Shown here: positions 60,473 to 64,000 of the stretch, in pieces
Layout of the letters: every line of letters starts with the position of its first letter
How positions within the stretch are numbered: the first letter of the stretch is position 1
Source of the DNA: an uncultured Gammaproteobacteria bacterium
Lineage (GTDB): Bacteria; Patescibacteriota; Microgenomatia; Woykebacterales; RBG-16-39-9b
Reading direction: 5' to 3'
NCBI GenBank assembly: GCA_965231125.1
Contig: OZ246414.1
Location: 827,239 to 891,238 of the forward strand
DNA: 64,000 bases
The notes under the pieces: generated by a model
Database searches by the model: none
Told to the model about the DNA's origin: nothing
What the model saw: the letters and a program-made list of their open reading frames with translations, nothing else
Made by a program: the position numbers and the translations under genes

Positions 60473-62953
60473 ATGAGAATGCTTATAGGATTATACCGAC
60501 GGAAAACTAAATTTTTCACTTTAGTATCCACTTCTGTCGTCATCTTTGCCGTTGTATTAGGGTTTTTATTTATTAAATCTTTAGAGAGGCATCCTTACGC
60601 CTTCGGTCAGACTTCCGATGCTACACCATACGGGCTTGATCTACTCCAAAATCCGGAAAAAATAGCTTACCTTAGGCCACTTGTAAAAATAGGTAAAGTC
60701 TCTAGTCATGCCAAAGACGGCTACAATAAAGACTCAGGTATATCAGATGACAACGGACAAGAAACTTACCTATACAAAAACGGTTCTAACTACGTGCTTC
60801 TAGACGAAAAGGGCCCAGGCACAATTACCAGACTCTGGTTTTATTTGTTCCCGGATGGAGTCTCCCCTGATGGAACAGTATTTAGTAATTATAAAAGCTA
60901 CAGATTAAAATTCTTTTTCGACGGCGAAACAACTCCACGAGTAGACAAAACTTTAGACGAGATATTCTCCGGGACCCAAAGCCCATTTCTGTCTCCTTTG
61001 GTCGGTAATGCAAACACAAGCTCAGGAGGTTCCTACTCTTATGTGCCGATGAGTTTTGCAAAATCCGTCAGGGTCGAAATCACAGGCATGCCCTATTATT
61101 ACCAGATAGATTATGAGAAATACGATTTAACTGTACCTGTTACCACATTTACACCAAGTATTGACGTTTCCGCGGTTGTTAATAAATGGAGTAACGCCGG
61201 AACCCAAGACCCCAAATCTTTGAGCGGAACTGTAATGACAACTTCTGGAACAATTGACAGCAATAATCCTTTAAAAAAGGGCGATACCCTGCAAATTTTT
61301 AACCAGACGGGCTCGGCTGTCATTAAATCAATAGTCTTCACAGTTCCGGGATACTCGGATCCCAGCGATTCCACTTCAAGAGATGTCTTCATGAATATGC
61401 GTATAAAAGGAACCTGGGATAATAATTCGCAGCCCAATATTGACGTACCCTTCGGTTCGTTCTTTGGTACCTTTTTAGGTAAAACAAACACTAAAGGCCT
61501 CTTCTTTGGCTCTGATCCGCAGACAGGCAGGCTTTATAACTATTACCCGATGTATTTTGCCAACTCGGCAAACCTCTCGCTTGTCAACAACAGCCAGTCG
61601 GATATTTCGGGAATTTCATACCAAATAGAATACATCCCACTTACTTCAATTGATGGACTCGGCACTAAAATCGGTTATTTTAACGCCACCTATAACCAGG
61701 AAATTCCAGTTACCCCCAGCGTGGATTTTAAAATGGCTAACCTTTCGGGGCGTGGCCAAATTGTCGCTAACACCCTGTATATTAAATGCTGGTCTCTGGA
61801 CCAACCAACATGGCAATTGCATCATTCTTGCCTTGAAGGTGACGAAAGATTTTATATTGATGATTCAAAATCTCCAGATACGTACGGAACTGGCACAGAA
61901 GAATTTTTTAATGGCGCCAATTATTTTATACTAGGACCATTTAACCGACCTACCCACGGCGATAACTACCAATTTACTAAATATAATTCAAGTCCAACAA
62001 CTTTCGATGGTTACGGCGAAGATTCTGCCTGGCGTATCTTTGCGGTTGATCCAATACCATTCCGCTCAAATATATTGATGGGTATCGAACACGGGAATCC
62101 TTATAAATACGGCACTATAGAATTACCAGGCTGGAACCAAAAAAGCACATATCCTGGCAATTATTACAGTACAGTATTTTGGTATGGTACCAATGCTGCA
62201 GACCTAAACCCCGTTGATTCACTTGATGTCGGAAACTCCCAAAGCCAGACAAGCCACTTGTACAGTGCGGGCGCGTCTGCAAATATCCCATCTCAAACAT
62301 TTTTCTATGAGGGTGATAACGATGAAGTGCCTGTTTCCGATGACGGCCAGTCAGGCACAGGAAAAATAACATTCAAGATGAATGTTGATTCTGGAAAGGC
62401 TCATGTACTTCGCCGAAGATTTGACCAGTCTATAAGAAACCAAAGCGCTGAAGTAAGAATAGATGGCGTGAGAATTGGGACATGGTACGATGCAGGAAGA
62501 AATTCCGTACTCAGATGGAAAGAAAGTGAAATGTTCATTCCGGCAATTCATACCCAAGGTAAATCCCAAATTACAGTCCAAGTTACCCCCAACCCTGGAT
62601 CAACGTGGACCACCTTTCGTTATGATCTATTTTCAATTCCCTCTACATCTCCACAAAACTTATCCGACTTTGACCTCGATGGCTTTAGTGACACTTTAGA
62701 AACCTACCTTGGGACCAACTCTCAAAGTGATTGCTCATTAAACTCAAGTACCGATGCCTGGCCACCAGATTTTAACCGTGATGGTAAAGTTTCAGTAGCC
62801 GATATAGATGCTGTGAAACAAGCCTACGGCAAAAACTCATCATCGGCCGACTGGTCTACAAAATATAAGAGGCTTGATCTTGTCCAGAACGGTTCAATCA
62901 CCATTGCCGATATAATGGCCGTAGTTAATCTTTACAATCGATCCTACTGTTAA
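60473..62953 (+). CDS. Membrane-anchored DUF2961 (GH172-like) protein with C-terminal dockerin-like module
   Basis: GPGTITRLW, LEGDERFYID..GTGTEEFFNG; WPPDFNRDGKVSVADI. Confidence 0.82.
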   Translation: MRMLIGLYRRKTKFFTLVSTSVVIFAVVLGFLFIKSLERHPYAFGQTSDATPYGLDLLQNPEKIAYLRPLVKIGKVSSHAKDGYNKDSGISDDNGQETYLYKNGSNYVLLDEKGPGTITRLWFYLFPDGVSPDGTVFSNYKSYRLKFFFDGETTPRVDKTLDEIFSGTQSPFLSPLVGNANTSSGGSYSYVPMSFAKSVRVEITGMPYYYQIDYEKYDLTVPVTTFTPSIDVSAVVNKWSNAGTQDPKSLSGTVMTTSGTIDSNNPLKKGDTLQIFNQTGSAVIKSIVFTVPGYSDPSDSTSRDVFMNMRIKGTWDNNSQPNIDVPFGSFFGTFLGKTNTKGLFFGSDPQTGRLYNYYPMYFANSANLSLVNNSQSDISGISYQIEYIPLTSIDGLGTKIGYFNATYNQEIPVTPSVDFKMANLSGRGQIVANTLYIKCWSLDQPTWQLHHSCLEGDERFYIDDSKSPDTYGTGTEEFFNGANYFILGPFNRPTHGDNYQFTKYNSSPTTFDGYGEDSAWRIFAVDPIPFRSNILMGIEHGNPYKYGTIELPGWNQKSTYPGNYYSTVFWYGTNAADLNPVDSLDVGNSQSQTSHLYSAGASANIPSQTFFYEGDNDEVPVSDDGQSGTGKITFKMNVDSGKAHVLRRRFDQSIRNQSAEVRIDGVRIGTWYDAGRNSVLRWKESEMFIPAIHTQGKSQITVQVTPNPGSTWTTFRYDLFSIPSTSPQNLSDFDLDGFSDTLETYLGTNSQSDCSLNSSTDAWPPDFNRDGKVSVADIDAVKQAYGKNSSSADWSTKYKRLDLVQNGSITIADIMAVVNLYNRSYC

Positions 62954-62966
62954 CAAAGTCTGCCGG

Positions 62967-64000
62967 CTAAACTTCTTTGGAAATTAGTTTTACTAACTCT
63001 TCTAGCCCAAAGGCGTTCAAAGCTGAAATATCGAGCGGTCTGAGTCCCTTTTCCACTAGATTAGCCAGCTTTTCTTTTAACTCTTCTTCGGTCAAAAGAT
63101 CTATCTTGTTAACCACAACAATTTCTTTTTTCTCCACAAGAGACGGGTTGTAAGATTTTAATTCGTTTCTTACCACTAAGTAATCTTTATACGGATCGGG
63201 TGAGGTGGCATCCAGTAAATGCACCAAAACTTTGGTTCTTTCAATGTGTTTAAGAAACTGGTCACCCAAACCCCGTCCCTGGCTTGCGCCCTCGATTAGC
63301 CCCGGAATATCAGCAATCACGAGGGTTAAAGGTTTAGGGTTTAGGGCAACCCTGCCCCCTAATGTCATTACACCAAGATTTGGTTCCAGTGTTGTAAATG
63401 GGTAATTAGCAATTTTCGGAGTTGCGGCCGTTAACTTTGATAACAAGGTTGATTTACCCGCGTTCGGAAGGCCGATTAACCCAACCTCTGCCAAAACTCG
63501 CAGCTCTAAAACCAACTCAATTTCCTCTCCCTCTCCCCCCTTTTCGGCGTGTTTAAGATATTCCCAACGACCTTCTTTTTCTCCAGTTATTTTTTCATTA
63601 TTCATTCTTAACTTTTCTAGTTCGTTAGAACGCAAAGCGCGGAGCGCTTTATTCTCACTTCGTGAGAGGTGAGCGTTCCCTCTTCCTCCTTTGCCGCCTT
63701 TTGCAACTAGCAACTCATCGCCTTCAGCTGCCAAATCGCCGACAACTTCTTCTTGCGTGTCTTTAACCAGAGTTCCTAAGGGCACTTCTAAAATTAGGCT
63801 GCCTCCGCTAGCTCCTTTTCTCATGGATTTTCCGCCCGGCTCGCCTGAACCGCCCTTAAAATTTTTTTTAAACTGGAAAGGGGTTAATGTAGAAAGGTTT
63901 TTACTTGCCTTAATTAAAACATCCCCACCGTTTCCGCCGTCCCCACCATCTGGCGGTCCGTAGGCTTTACCACGAAGTTTTCTAAAGGAGACTGCGCCTG
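62967..64000 (-). CDS. obg: GTPase Obg/CgtA (5' end beyond window)
   Basis: GLPNAGKST, YPFTTLEP, DIPGLIEGA, NKID; Gly-rich Obg fold continues to window edge. Confidence 0.96.
   Translation of the reverse strand, partial: GAVSFRKLRGKAYGPPDGGDGGNGGDVLIKASKNLSTLTPFQFKKNFKGGSGEPGGKSMRKGASGGSLILEVPLGTLVKDTQEEVVGDLAAEGDELLVAKGGKGGRGNAHLSRSENKALRALRSNELEKLRMNNEKITGEKEGRWEYLKHAEKGGEGEEIELVLELRVLAEVGLIGLPNAGKSTLLSKLTAATPKIANYPFTTLEPNLGVMTLGGRVALNPKPLTLVIADIPGLIEGASQGRGLGDQFLKHIERTKVLVHLLDATSPDPYKDYLVVRNELKSYNPSLVEKKEIVVVNKIDLLTEEELKEKLANLVEKGLRPLDISALNAFGLEELVKLISKEV
63618..63651 (-). mobile_element. Two-hairpin element copy in frame within obg
   Basis: TAAAGCGCTCCGCGC-TTTGCG-TTCTAACGAA-CTA; peptide KALRALRSNEL. 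Confidence 0.65.

Overview
This looks like a chromosomal window from a CPR/Patescibacteria (Microgenomates-like) bacterium. That lineage call is inferred from gene content, extended ribosomal proteins and leaderless promoters; no database search was run. Housekeeping content: rpmB, rpmG, secE-nusG-rplK-rplA-rplJ-rplL, mreB, ndk, argS, leuS, obg, split comEA/comEC, two type IV pilins, a sortase, glycosyltransferases, a GC-richer dapL-like/lysA cassette, 8 intact tRNAs and several secreted enzymes. Two systems stand out. (1) At 35.7-57.5 kb, a divergent F-type ATPase operon in canonical E-F-H-A-G-D-C order has no a-subunit gene. Its c-like subunit lacks the ion-binding carboxylate and is fused to an extracellular domain resembling a C-proximal domain of the two flanking giant (2581 and 2375 aa) HTH-TM-fibre proteins. 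This is a candidate ATP-driven mechanical surface apparatus rather than an ATP synthase. (2) A small two-hairpin element (TA|G-hairpin-YTCTGCG-hairpin-CTAA) recurs about a dozen times. It sits in tRNA D-loops, in frame in leuS and obg, and at junctions of nested tRNA-within-tRNA loci and of synonymously diverged duplicated 3' ends of nusG and rplL. Two orphan structured RNAs were also found (a 6S-like one at 1.1 kb and an unknown one at 16.2 kb). All alignments and pairings were done by eye.
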